Below, one piece after another: positions 1 through 12,649 of a stretch of DNA of 64,000 nucleotides. Origin of the DNA: Sphagnum compactum (Eukaryota); contig OZ234493.1 of NCBI GenBank assembly GCA_965153455.1, forward strand, positions 16,358,213 through 16,422,212, given 5' to 3'. The notes beneath the pieces were generated by a model. That model saw only the letters and a list, made by a program, of their open reading frames with translations, searched no databases and was not told the DNA's origin. Every line of letters starts with the position of its first letter. The stretch's first letter is position 1. A program made the translations under genes and the position numbers.

Positions 1-3000
1 TGATTGGAACATCACAAAATAATTTATTTAATATTGAATCACATTTCAAATTTGTTATTGGGACTCAATATATAATGTAATACAAGATGATAAATTCATA
101 TGAAGAATTTGTTTTTTGAAAACCTTAACCATTTAATAGTTAGGGACTTTTGAATGGTTAAAACTTGACCATATTTTCATAAATCCATATGAGTTTCAAT
201 TTTTGTTTGTTTTTCAATTTCATTGTCCCAAAGGGTGTGATCACAATCAAACAAGCCAACATGATTACTTTGCAAAAGGATTGTGACCCTTTTTCTAATC
301 CTCATGACTTTTGCATATTAAAGAATTTTTAAATGAAATCTTTTATAACTTCTTACTAAAAATACTTATAGTTTACATATTTTATGTTAATCTTTTTCAA
401 ATAACTATGATTTTGTTAAAAGTCTAAAACTTTTGCTAGATTCTACACTTTTTTTAAAAAAATTATCATAATTTCAATTATTTCCAAAATATGTTAAAGT
501 CTTTGGGTTTTAGTTTTTTTTATCATAAGTTATAACTTTGTTTTGTATGTCATGTGTATTACACACCATTTGCATGTTGTAAAGGACCCTTGAATTTTTA
601 AAATTATAAAAACATACATTGAATTTTAGAAAAATTCAAATTCCATAAATTATTAATTATGAGTGCTTTTTGAGTGTGGGTAATATTTTATTATCATGTA
701 AATTTTTTACTATGAAAAATTATTTATTAAGAAAGTCCTTGGCATAATCTTTTGTAAAATGTATTGCTTTTGATTCAAGTTCAAAATTCTTTTTATTAAA
801 TTGAAACCCAAAAATAAACTAAATGAATTTTTCATTTGAATTCCTAAACATTCATATTACTCATTTAGCACAACTTCCTATGTTTAACATGACATTAAAG
901 TGACACCACATAAATATTTATAATAATTTATTTTTTTCTGTTGCCTAATGTGTTTTTTGCATCGTTTGACTATGATTGCACCCCAATAACATATTTTTTG
1001 AAAGTTCTAGATGGGGGGCATTATTCCTTTGGACTTTGTGGGCTCTCCTTTTAAGACTTCCAAATCAAAAAAATGACATTAGCTACATTAAATACAAGTT
1101 TTCACATAGATTTGGAAAGGTTTGTAAATGATTGAACATGTATTATTCAAAGATTAAAATAATATTTTTTTAAAAATAACAACCATGTTCATTTGAATCA
1201 TTTTAAAGAATCTTGTATGGACTTGTAAGGAGTATTTTTTTACCGTTATTGAACCATTGTATCATGCATTCACTTGACATCAACAGCTTCCCTTCTTGTA
1301 GTTTGATGACACCTTAAAAAGATTTAAAGTTTTAAAGGGCAAATCTAGGTTGATGGTCTGTTGAAATATAACCGTTCCTAATCATTACTTTACGTTTTTA
1401 GGCAATTTTAATTGGAAACCGTTTTCTTTTCCTTTGCAATTGTAGCCAAGGTTTGTTAAAGGTAAAAATTTGGTGATTTTTTACTAGAATTTTTTTTTTG
1501 ATTATACCAAAAACATAGTTGGGGCACATGTTATGGGAGATCTTAACATGACAAAATTAAACAAAAAAAAATTTTACATTCTTGTAAGATTGGATATTAT
1601 TTTATGATAAATTTTTATATATTGCACAATATTGGTTTGAACTTTAATCTACATTGGCATGCCCATTTGTGTCTTCTTGTACATCTAATGTGTTGCGTTT
1701 TGAAAATACCACCACCCCTAGATTCTAAATGTTTATTTATTTTATTAGAATTTGGTTGATTATTTTATCCTCCATGGTTGTTGTCATATAAATGGCTTTT
1801 GTGGATTCTAATTGCCATGGTGTTTTGAAACTTTCATTTTTTTGGTTTCCCCATATCAAATTTAATCATCTAACTTTTAGATCTTATGGTTGAAATGAGT
1901 GTACGGTTTAATGAAACACGAAATAACTAAAATTGGGTTTTTATTTTTTCAATTAGGAAACAATTTTTTCAAAAAACATCATAAACTTACTAGGCTTCAT
2001 AGGTTTATACAAATTTTGTATGAAATCCAATTATCCTAGGTTTGTACAAAAATCACACAGATACCGTGTTATGGTTAAAATGAATGATATGTGTACATAA
2101 TCAATATTTTAAATATCCAAACAGATGAAACATTGTCTTCGAATGACATACGTGAATATTCATGTTTAATGCACAAAAATCGCATAGCTATATTCAAAAA
2201 TTATATCACAGTAATTGCACAAATTTAGTTTAAATGAAAATTGTACGTATTTCACACCAAAATATCATAAGTAGAAAAAATACATTATTTGTATAAATAT
2301 ATATGTATATTTTATTTTTATTTTTATTTATTTATTTATTTATTTTTGTGTCATTTGTACATTTTGAAGCCCACGAATTTTGCACAAACATATTGTTTTA
2401 CAATTTTCACATGAATTTTATTAAGATTTCATATTGTAAGTATTTTGATATTGTAAGTTTGTGATGAAATCCTCAAGCTATCCAAATCCTTCATGTATAC
2501 TTGTTCATAGCCTTAATCCCTAGGTCCTTGTTTTGTTAATAAATATATCTATTGCAACAATGGATGCAAAAAAACAAAAGATCCACTAACATTTTATGTA
2601 AGATTCATATTGCATCAATTTTTATAATCATCCAGTAACACTTTGATAAAATACACAACAAAAGTTATTGACTAAAAAGAATTCATAACTGTGAACATGG
2701 TATAACAAAAAGATAGCTTCACAAAGAGAAGTTTCACAATCACTCTTGTTCAATAGAATCATTCTATTATAGTGCATGTATTTGATGTACATGTGTATCA
2801 TGCAATGTTCTCACTACAAACACATTCAAAGTATAATTCAATGAAATTATCATTGGAACCATCATTTCATCTTTGGGACCAAAAACCCTAATTTCCAACC
2901 TCAATCATTTGAAACCATAGCTTGATCTTTCTTTATGTGCAAACCCTAATCATTATTATCGTTGTCATGTTCAACATCATACCCAATTACTCTTATGTTC

Positions 3001-5363
3001 ATTGGAACACAACTTTGACACATTGAGAAATAACTCTCAAACGTAACTATTGCACCATTCATGGAAAGAAAATGACACATGACACAAAAATGGCTAAACA
3101 AAATTTGCAAATTGTACCCATACAATTTGAATTCCATTTTCAAAATCTAACTAAAAAGTACCTTAGTTCATTTATCAAAAATATAAAACAAAGACTACCA
3201 ATAACCATCTAAAGGTTGTTGGTTACCAGACATAACCTACCGTTCAGAGGTTCAAAAGTGATAGTGAAACCCTCATCTTGGTGGATGAAAACCATGCAAC
3301 CCTTTTTCTCAATGAATAAAAATCTATGCATGCCTGAGAAAGGAAGGGCAAGAGGTTATGCTTGGTGAATGAGGATGAACTAGAAGCTTGACAACCTTTT
3401 GACAGTAGTTTATGTGTTCCCCCTTGTTTGTGTCACCAGGCATTAATGGTAACCATCATAACAAGGGCAAGAGTTGTCCAAATCTTCCAAAACGTTAATA
3501 CAGTCCTCTAATAATGATCCACAATGTACGTTGATAATTAAAGTTAGTTAGTATGAACTAATTATCCAAACAAGAGGTTATGGCTTCATAATCCAAAAGC
3601 ATTTATAGCCATTGCAAATGTTTTAGATACTTTTTCCAGAGAATAATCCTGCAATATTTTATAGCCAAGGTTGGTATAAAACCTAACTAATGGAAAACAT
3701 TTGCTCACAGGTAGTTGAATTTGAGCAAGAAGTAGACACACCATTGTAACACATGTCACAATACAGACAATTGAAGTTTTTTGAAATGCAAATGGTGATC
3801 AAAGTGAGTGATAATTATCACCCTAAATAGTTTTCAGCCTGAATTAAACTTTTGTTCAGATTCCTAGCTACATTGTGATCTATTTGCAGCAATGAATAAT
3901 TGGTTGATTTTCTTAATGGATTTCCTGGAATTTGGTAATTCGGGTTGCATGCCACATAGTCACACACTTGAAATTGTCCATCAACCATGTACTTTTCTTC
4001 TCTCCGAATAGCTTGAAAATTTTGCTGCAAACTGTGAATATTTTATTCTTTCTAGTCCCATTTTATAAATTGTTCTACCCATGGAAGGAGAGGCAGTTGC
4101 TTATAACTTACCTCAATAATGTCTTAAGAAATATATTTTTGTTGTGAATGTATTTGTTTGGAAGTTTAATTTTCTAGTGTAGAAAATTCGCCCACATATT
4201 TTTCTGCTACTATTACTTTCTACAGGTGCAATTAATTACTTATGAAAGATCCATATCTTATTTTTCCAATTCAACTAAATTATTATAGATTTAGTGTGAT
4301 ACAACATATTTGCATGCAGCTTTACTGAATACATATTATTGTATTATAGTGAAACAGATACTACTAGAATGTCAGGTATGATATGTTGTTTAGATTATTG
4401 CTACACTAGGTACATAATTTTCATTTTATCTATATAGATGGTACACAATATTCAGTTTACAATTACCTATTCCTGAGATTTTTAAAGCATTATCCATATT
4501 TTCTTTTCCAATGATTGCAACGCATTTTGTGCAGAGGTATAGGTGACATTTCAGAGTCCAGAGCCATTTTTAAAGAATACCCACTTTCTATCCTAACCAA
4601 TATTGCAACACACTTGATGCAGAGATATAGAAGAGTAATATCAACAAACCCTAAACCACAAATATTCAAGGCAGGACATCTGGTTGTTAATAACAAACCC
4701 AAAAGAAAGCAACCAGTCATTCCAAAAAAAAATTTGTAATCCTGAGAAAGAACAGGAAGCAAAGCTCTCACTACTTCCATGCCCTAATATTCCAAATGTT
4801 CAACTGGAACAACCCTTTTTGAACACAAATGTGAACAAAGCTCTGGAGCGGGTGGCTGTTGATTCAGCCACCCCAGCAACCAGTCAATAGTAAAGAAGTC
4901 ACCAAAGTTATAGTTCCCTTCCCCCTATAGATCAAGAGTCCATGAAGGCGGATGACAAGTTTGCTTCACTACCATCACATCCTTCACAGTTACCCAAATG
5001 AATGATCCACCCCAAATTAAGCTCAATTGTTTTGATAGCTAGCTTATGAGGGAGATCCATCACTTCACATCCTGTTGTTGTTGTCACTTCTTCAGATGTG
5101 GAAGAAAGTTGAAACCAGTCTGAACGAAGTGACTAACACTGGCCAAAAAAAAACAACAGATATACTCTAGAGAAATGTGAGCGGGTGCATTCATCAGTTG
5201 ATCCAACCACAGCTCAATTTCACTAGTAGTGTACAACATCCGCCAAAAGAAAGAAAGATCATGAGAAAATTCATCAGGAAATTATGGAATTTGACCATGC
5301 CGAGCTGTGAGAATTATGTCGAGATGGCTTGGCTTCACTCGGACCCAGCTAGCTGGACTATAG

Positions 5364-6916
5364 CTAGTATTGGGCTCCTTCAAAAGTTTGACCAAATTGC
5401 CAGTTTGCAGGAGCTGCATCAGGTGACACAAGAGTCCTGCCGTCACTGGTGGTGATCATGAAAGACAATGCTTGACCATCCAAGGTGTTTCCACTGTACT
5501 GCCAGTTCTGGCCCCAGTTTCTTTGCATTGGGTACCAGTCAGTGTTTGTCCCCTTGCATGACACAGACTGTACATCCCCTGCACCTCCCACATTGCTCAC
5601 CAATACGAGAAGAAAGTAGGGGTTTCCATTAATGGTGAAATGCACACCTCCGGTCTTGACACAAGGTACCCTGCAGCAGCTCAATTGTAACACAACATGA
5701 TCAGTTCCTCAATCACATACACTAGTCATGTTACTACTACACAGCGAATTGAAATCCCTGCACTGTCCGTGCAGCAAAAAAAACAAGGCCCTATGACAGT
5801 GGCTGCCCAATAGGTTGCTGTGATCACAACATGCTGTGTGTAACTGCGATCAGGATCACATACATCCTACGACAGTGGCTTCCCTTTAGGCTGCTATGAT
5901 CACAACATGCTGTGTGTAACTGCAATCATGATCACACACAATGTACAAGGCCCTATGAGAGTGGATTCCCATTAGGTTGCTGTGATCACAACATACTGTG
6001 TGTAACTGCAGTCACAATCACACAATATACAAGGCCCTCTGAGAGTGGATTCCCATTAGGTTGCTGTGGTCACAACATACTGTGTGTAACTGGGATCACG
6101 CTCATACACACAGTGTACAGCGCCTTATGACAGTGGATTCCCATTAGGTTGCTGTGATCACAACATACAGTGTGTAACTGCGATCACGATCACAACACTG
6201 TGGAAATGGGATCCTAAGAGGGTCTACATATATTGCCGGAAAAACCCATTCCAAGGAGCAAGAAAAAGACATGTCTAAGGGACGTGCTTGGGTCCATGCA
6301 TGTATGTACCTGCGGTAGAGAACGGGGACGATTCCTGCTTGAAAGATACCAATCTGTTCGTAAGCGGGAACGGCCATGTCGAAGTGCTGGAGAGGCATGT
6401 TGCACCATCCGCCGTTGTCATTAGGCAAGGCGAGATTGGGAGGACAGAAGTTGGTTGCTGTCACAGTCACGGTAGCGCCGGATACACACCACCGAGGTTC
6501 ATTGCATTGCAGCTCGAAGCATGCCCCGCAGCTGAGGCCGTCGTTAAAGAGCGCAGTGCTCAGAGCTGCTGTGTTCGTTCCATAGCCCTGGCTGTACAGA
6601 TTCCCATACCCGCAAGCACCGCCTGCAAGTTCACCGCAACCAATATTTCACGACGTTTCAGAATGGAAAGTTTTCGATCAGGAACGAACAATTCTTCAAA
6701 GCCCGGGGGGATTATCATGGGATCACGACTTCTGGAAAGCCTGCTGGAACTTTACCTACCTTGAGTTCCTGAAGCGTCACTTCCTCCATAGAAGGTGGCA
6801 TGCGCGTTGCTCCACGTTGCGTCGCCAGTGTAAGTACCCTGAGCGTGTGCGTTATGAGCCCATGAAGCCAAGGCCAAAACGAAGACTATTCTCAGTGATA
6901 CGAAGGAGGCCGCCAT
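5364..6916 (-). CDS. EXPA: Alpha-expansin, 3 coding exons: 6916-6760, 6622-6310, 5670-5364 (258 aa)
   Basis: Joined translation has a signal peptide ([25 protein letters not shown]), then [60 protein letters not shown] motif, [18 protein letters not shown] and [16 protein letters not shown] introns 6759-6623 and 6309-5671 are phase-consistent, and the exons sum to 777 nt. Confidence 0.97.
5786..6200. repeat. Five-copy ~80-88 bp tandem repeat filling most of expansin intron 2
   Basis: Unit AGGCCCTATGA(C/G)AGTGGATTCCCATTAGGTTGCTGTGATCACAACATACTGTGTGTAACTGC..ATCACA recurs at about 5786, 5866, 5948, 6032 and 6120. Confidence 0.92.
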
Positions 6917-6988
6917 CTTCACGCTGCACAACACACAACGACAACAACAATGTCAGATTCCGGCGATCCCTCTCACAAAACGAGAAAC

Positions 6989-7463
6989 CTGCGAGCAATT
7001 CTAAATAAGCAAGATGAAATACTAGTTTCCTCCAGAATCTCATGAAGCGCATAGAATGCGGCGCCCATTCCAATAACAAACAGATATAGAAATGCAAGTT
7101 CCTGATCTTGGGCCTTGCATCTTGGGCTTTGCAAGTTCCGGATACAAGAACCAAGCTGAGGAAAGAAAAGAACATACACAAAAGACACAATGAACCATGC
7201 CTAAGACAACACGTAGAATAAGATTTTGCTGGAGAGACATATTACAGCAAGTACAGAAGCTTTGCAGCTCCAAAACTCGACAAAGATAACTCGACTCACT
7301 GCAACAACGACGTTCCAAAGAAAGGTAGCTTAGCAGCTGATCTTAACAGACGCCCTGGAGCACAGGAAAACCAAAACTACAAATTGCAGAGAGAAATTGC
7401 TCAAGAAGATGGACTGACAATCAGAAAGACTGGAGAAACAGAAAGAGAAGAGAAAAAGCTTAC
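6989..7463 (-). other. Predicted 5'-UTR (leader) intron of the expansin gene
   Basis: Minus-strand donor GTAAGC at 7463 follows a CT-rich leader; acceptor TTGCTCGCAG ends at 6989, about 70 nt upstream of the ATG at 6916. Confidence 0.55.
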
Positions 7464-7663
7464 GTGAGGTGAGAGAAGAAGAGTACTGGAATGTCGAGAA
7501 GGTGACGGACGGTTCGGCTTTCGCGTACGAGCGGCAGCAGCTGCGAGAGGAGAAAGAACACAAGAGCAACGGCAACCGGCGGGGGCGGAGAAAGGAAGAG
7601 GAGAGAACAGAAGGCAGAGGGGTTGGCGGCGACTGGTATGCAAGAACAGGCGAAGAATGGTAA

Positions 7664-7811
7664 TTACTTATAGGGGCCAGCCTTCTGCCGGTCCGTGCGC
7701 ACGCTCACTGCTCAATCCGTCAGAGAAACTTACAACCCGACGGTTGCACGCTCGGTCCCGCAAGGGAACCAGGGAGTTCAGGCTTTAATCCATTGGGTAA
7801 TGCATCACGTG
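7664..7811 (-). promoter_or_regulatory. Expansin core promoter: TATA-like box and G-box
   Basis: Minus-strand CCCCTATAAGTAA (TATAAG at 7672-7667) lies directly upstream of a pyrimidine-rich leader; CACGTG at 7806-7811. Confidence 0.5.
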
Positions 7812-7895
7812 GTTATTGCTCACTTCCGCTGTGTTTTTTTTGGGTGTACTTTGCCATATTTAGGTAGTTTGTAGTTGTTAAGACAGTTCAAAAAA

Positions 7896-8237
7896 GTGGG
7901 CAATTACTAATTACTAAACTAAAGCTTGTCTCGCGAGTAAGCATCAACCACCAATGCCAAGTTGGCCGCTACATATTCTCCTCACTTCCCTCCATAAAAT
8001 CTTTTCTCATGTTTTTTCAACCACTTCCTTTAGGTTATCTATAAATAAACAAACCACTATTGACTTGTTTTGACAAATCCACCAATCAATTTGCCCAGCC
8101 ATTTCTTTAGTTACTCAAAATATTCAAATGTTAGGTTATTTATAGTTCATTTTACAATTAAATATAAATGTGGGTAATTAACTAAACTTAGGTTGTCTCA
8201 TCAATAACCAGCTGCCATGTTGGCTGCTCATTCTCCC
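7896..8237. promoter_or_regulatory. Duplicated upstream module, each copy carrying TGTCTC (AuxRE-like)
   Basis: GTGGG(C/T)AATTA..ACTAAACT..TTGTCTC..CATCAA..TGCCA(A/T)GTTGGC(C/T)GCT..ATTCTCC at about 7896-7981 and 8170-8237; TGTCTC at 7927-7932 and 8194-8199. Confidence 0.45.
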
Positions 8238-8707
8238 CAGTGGGTCCATAGTCCATCCCTATTTTGACCCTATTTGAGGTGTTTTTTTTGTTTCTCCACC
8301 ATGTTACTATAAACCTCTTGGATTTTTTGTAGCGAAACTGAATGGTAGATCATAATGTGCAATTATTCCTCCACCTTAGAAGCAGGCGTTCTGTTATCAC
8401 GGCAACAGAAATATTTCTATTTGCAAAAAATGTTATGCCTGACTCTTGTGAAGGTTGCATTGGTTTTTATGCTACATTAAACCCACGGGCAAGAGCATTA
8501 CTGAAAATGGGGTTTGCACTCAGCTCTCGCCTCGCATGCCCTGATCCTTGGGCTTTTAACCTAAACCTATTTCATTTGGGTCTTTTTCTTTTCTGGGTTA
8601 TTTCATGACATGCATGCCATTTGATTTATTGTTGGCAATGAGCATCTTGAAGCCATTTTTTAGGTTGTTGGGTTTGGCCCCCATGAACCAGCACCTACAC
8701 TCACACC

Positions 8708-8851
8708 CAGTGATTTTTTTGGAGACAATTTTTTTGTCTCTTTTTTCACAAAAAATTTGGGAAAATTTCTGAATTTCTATTTTCAAAGAGAACATTTGAC
8801 TAATTTTGCCACATTTTTTATATCACAAATTTTGAAAAAAAAAAGGCCCTG
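8708..8851. mobile_element. Short hAT-like MITE (CAG...CTG ends, 8-bp TSD)
   Basis: Ends are CAGTGATTTTTTT and AAAAAAAGGCCCTG; flanks CTCACACC and TTCACACC match at 7/8. Similar CAG-polyT...polyA-CTG tracts occur near 26130-26440, 28565-28830 and 50445-50775, without clean TSDs. Confidence 0.6.
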
Positions 8852-9108
8852 TTCACACCATGCGTAAAAACCCCAAAGCTCATTTAAGTTGCTTCCAAAC
8901 ATCATAACTAGATTATTGTCATTATATGAAATCATGGTCTCTGACTAAACATTTGAAACTTCCCGGTTAAGTATAGGCTCTAAGACGTTCCCACTCAAGA
9001 AGTTGAAGGGCACAGTGGGGGTCCCGGCTAAGCCAATTGCCAGAATTGGCCAAACCCTAACCACTCTCTAGTACTACAAGATGGTGGCTTGCGATCCTTT
9101 TTTTGTCT

Positions 9109-9432
9109 TGTAAATGTAATAAGGTACAAACGAATCACAATATCCTCTAATTTTGAAAATGATTAAATGGGGATATTGTTGAAACTTGCAACGACCACAT
9201 GGTTTCAAGGAAACTCTCAACCCACACCAACCTCCCTCTTTCCCAATCCTTCCTTGAGGAGGTTGGTCATGTAAATGTAATAAGGTACAAATGAATCACA
9301 ATTTCCTCTAATTTTGAAGATGATCAAATGGGGATATTGTTGAAACTTGCAATGACCACATGGTCTCTCAAGGAAACCCTCACCCCACACCAACCTCCCT
9401 CTTTCCAAATCCTTCCTTGAGGAGGTTGGTCA
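9109..9432. repeat. Direct tandem duplication of ~161 bp
   Basis: TGTAAATGTAATAAGGTACAAA...CCTTCCTTGAGGAGGTTGGTCA at 9109-9269 and 9270-9432, with few differences. Confidence 0.95.
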
Positions 9433-9864
9433 ACTACATACGGTTTGCTAGCCTTCAAAACTTTGTATATGGGAGGACGTGTGCTTTCAAGTAAGTTATA
9501 ACTCAAAAGACAAATTCAAAACCTGAAGGGAGAGTGAAAAAAAAAGAAGACATTGTTTATTCCTAGCTTCTCATTTTTCTTCATTCTCTATTCCAAAGTG
9601 AAGTGAAGTTTGCTCTCCGTGAATTCAGGAGTTGTGCTTCTTTTAATTTGCTCACATGATGTATGCAAACATCCCACGTTATGTGAAGCAGTAGCAACAC
9701 CTATCCCTACATATTTATTCTATTTAACTAATGTCATTGGAACCGAACAAGTACCACCATTCACTTTTCTTCCACTGTATAAGAACATGGTGAATAGTTC
9801 TCTGTTCTCAAAAAGGTGAAAATTGTCTTGAAATGGTTTTTTTTGTTTCAAGGTGGTTTTTTGT

Positions 9865-10182
9865 TCCAAGGTTTTGGTGATCACTTGCACAATACATTTA
9901 TTACAAAATTACCTTTACTTTTCAAGGTCTAATGATCATTTACACAAGACACTTTCATGAAATAGCCTTTTCTTTTCAAGGTCTAATGATCATTTACACA
10001 AGATACTTTCATGAAATAGCCTTTTCTTTTTCACGGTCTAGTGATCATTTACACAAGACACTTTCATGCAATAGACTTTTCTTTAATTTTCAAAGATTGG
10101 TCATCATTTGCACTAGGTAGAGAGAATTATCATGAAATAGCATGTTTCTTTTCAAGCTTTGGTGATCATTTACACAAGACAT
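9865..10182. repeat. ~55-bp minisatellite, about 6 degenerate copies
   Basis: Core TTCAAGGTCTAATGATCATTTACACAAGACACTTTCATGAAATAGCC recurs with TGATCA-like cores near 9878, 9933, 9988, 10042, 10100 and 10163. Confidence 0.85.
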
Positions 10183-10760
10183 GTGGGCAAAAAACAATGC
10201 CACAAGCACTTGTAGGTTTATCACCACCAAAAGATTTTTAAATTTTTTTAAAGACTTTGAATGAGGTTATAGAAGAAAAATCATTTGAAGTTTTTAATTT
10301 TTTTTGGGCCCCTTTGGAAAGAAAAGTAGATCTAATGGTGTAAATTGGAAAGCAATGAAGGCAATGGACCAATCACAAAGTAAGGACTAAAAGGGCAAAA
10401 AGCCTAGAGACATGCCAAGGGACAAATAGTAGAAATGGGAACGCAACGAGAGACTTCACTCCAGCCGAGGAGGGTTTACTGCAGCAATCATATTTACCTT
10501 ACTTGACATAACTTGGAAACAAGGACAGGGACAAAAAAAAGCCCAAAGGACCTAAAAACAACATCGCCGTCCTCACACTAGCTTCATTAGCGCCGCAATC
10601 TGCGCTGCACCATATCTACGGTCCGCAAACAGATCTGGTTCTGGCAGAGCCGTAGATTTAGGATGAACCCCACCACATCTCATTTAAGAGATACAGAAAC
10701 ATAATTAATTAAATAATTAATTAAGAGCACATCCCTGCCAAATGCATTGAAAATGACTAA

Positions 10761-11131
10761 GGCCCGCTTTACACTAGGAGTTAGGGCCAATGTTCAACCC
10801 AAATCCAGCATTCCTATTGGTGCAAAAGTTGAAATCAGCCCCAAGGACTTTACACTAGGAGTCAAGGCTGAAATGGAAAAAAACTTTTCAATCTGCCCCA
10901 AGTTACTAATAAATGCTTTACTTTAATGGCCTTGTATTGGCCCCAAGGCTGGAAAAAGGATACCATCAAATTCGGGAGGCCAATTTGCAACCCTTGGGGC
11001 CAATGTTTATTAATATCCTGACGTCAATGATTTGGCATTTATGAGTAACGTGGGACCAATTTGCAACCCAAAAATGCTCAAAGTTGGCCCCAAGATTTTT
11101 TTGGGCCCTGACTCCTAGTGTAAAGCGGGCC
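10761..11131. mobile_element. Tourist-like (PIF/Harbinger) MITE, 371 bp
   Basis: 28-bp TIRs GGCCCGCTTTACACTAGGAGT(T/C)AGGGCC with one mismatch; TAA TSD at 10758-10760 and 11132-11134; internal copy of the TIR core near 10849. Confidence 0.92.
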
Positions 11132-12649
11132 TAAGCAATGTGAAAGGGAAGAGGTTAAGTTATGAATAGTAGGGATGATGAGATTGTGGGCCGAGATTGT
11201 GTTCCCTGCAATTCTCTTTGCATTTTTTCTGGTCCTATTTTGTCTCTCCACCTCTTGGTTGTCGTTCCAAACTTGACTGTCATTTGTCTTTGCTGGTGAC
11301 CGTTTTGTTTCTTCTTCTCTTCTCCCCAAATAACTGTCTCCCGGAAGGAGTTCTAGTGTACTCTCACACACTCTGGAATGGGCCTGGTTCCACTCAGAAA
11401 CACTACGAGCTCAGCAGAGTGAACCATCATTCCACTAAGTGGTAATCGAGTTCCTCCAAACCCTAACTGGTTCCACCTAAAGCCTGACTGGTTCCACTAG
11501 GTGGTAACGGGTTTTCTCCAAAGCATAACTGGTTTTCTCACCATCCATTCACATCTCCATCACATTCTCAGTCATCAATTCACATTAAAACAGGCATTGG
11601 CAACACAGAAAGTGAGGCCTGCAGATGAGTGCCTATCTCACAGGTAAGAAAAGGCTAAAAAAGGGGTTAGGATAGGTCCCCAAATCTGATTGGGTATGAA
11701 TGAACCTTTGAGTACTCAATCTTCTTATTTTCTTTGGGTTCTTCAGAAGCTTCAATTCAACAACAATCCTTTTTTATTTTTCCGGGGTTGAAGACATTAT
11801 TGTTGAGACGACTAGTACCATCACTACCTCATATCCCACTGACAAGACCAGTGATGAGTCCAGTGAAACCAGTTTGTCAGAAGACTTGCTTTGAGTCAGG
11901 AACAGAAAGATGGATTCTGAAGCTTTCATTGCATTATCTCTCTGTTCAAAAGTGTTTTTTTAACAAGACGATACTTTTTTTGTCTTTCTGATTTTCTGTC
12001 ATTTATGCATTTGCTGGTGTGTGCGGGATGGTGGATAATAAGTCCAAGTAGCCCTGCATAGAATGACACACCAGATGCACAGCTCTCTCTTTCAGAGGCT
12101 CTGACATTGTCGACCTCAATCACGCTACTGTCAAGTGATAAGATCAACCTTGGGTGAACCAAGAGTACTGATGTAGGTGGGCCTTGGCTGAACCAGCACC
12201 CACACTGGTACCATGGTACAAATCCTGAAAACAATTTAGGTTGTTCCAAACCAGGGTATATTTCACATCAGAAGACTAAATTCAAGGTCTCTGAGTCCAA
12301 ATTTAACATTTTATATGGCCACTAAAAGGCCTCACTCCAGAAGGTGAAGATTCCAGTGCCAGTGCTTGTTCTCATTGGCCCCAGTATAGGCAGTTAAACA
12401 CCCGCAACAGGCATTGTCTGGTGCTAATAGTGATTAGCATTGCTTAATCATGTATAGAGTCGCATGGTTCTATTGCAAGGTTTGACTAATTTTTACCGTC
12501 CATCTAGAACAAATAAAAAACATAATTATCTTTTACTGTTGAAATTTATGCTACTAGTTGATCACTATCTCTCTTGATCTAGAGGTTGTTGGGTTCAAAT
12601 TTGACCAAGGACAATAGAACATGCAAAAATAAATAAATAATTATTTTTC

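Noticed and set aside
1..3150. Specific transposon assignment for AT-rich tracts (also ~19000-25600 and ~54000-57300)
   Set aside because: Probably decayed repeats, but I could not read diagnostic motifs, termini or TSDs reliably.
5786..6200. CRISPR-like array or Cys/His-rich repeat protein (ORF 5912-6130)
   Set aside because: The whole unit is repeated with no unique spacers, and it lies within a GT..AG intron of the expansin; the ORF is a by-product.
6288..6764. 158-aa plus-strand ORF
   Set aside because: Antisense shadow of expansin exon 2 with no recognisable motif.
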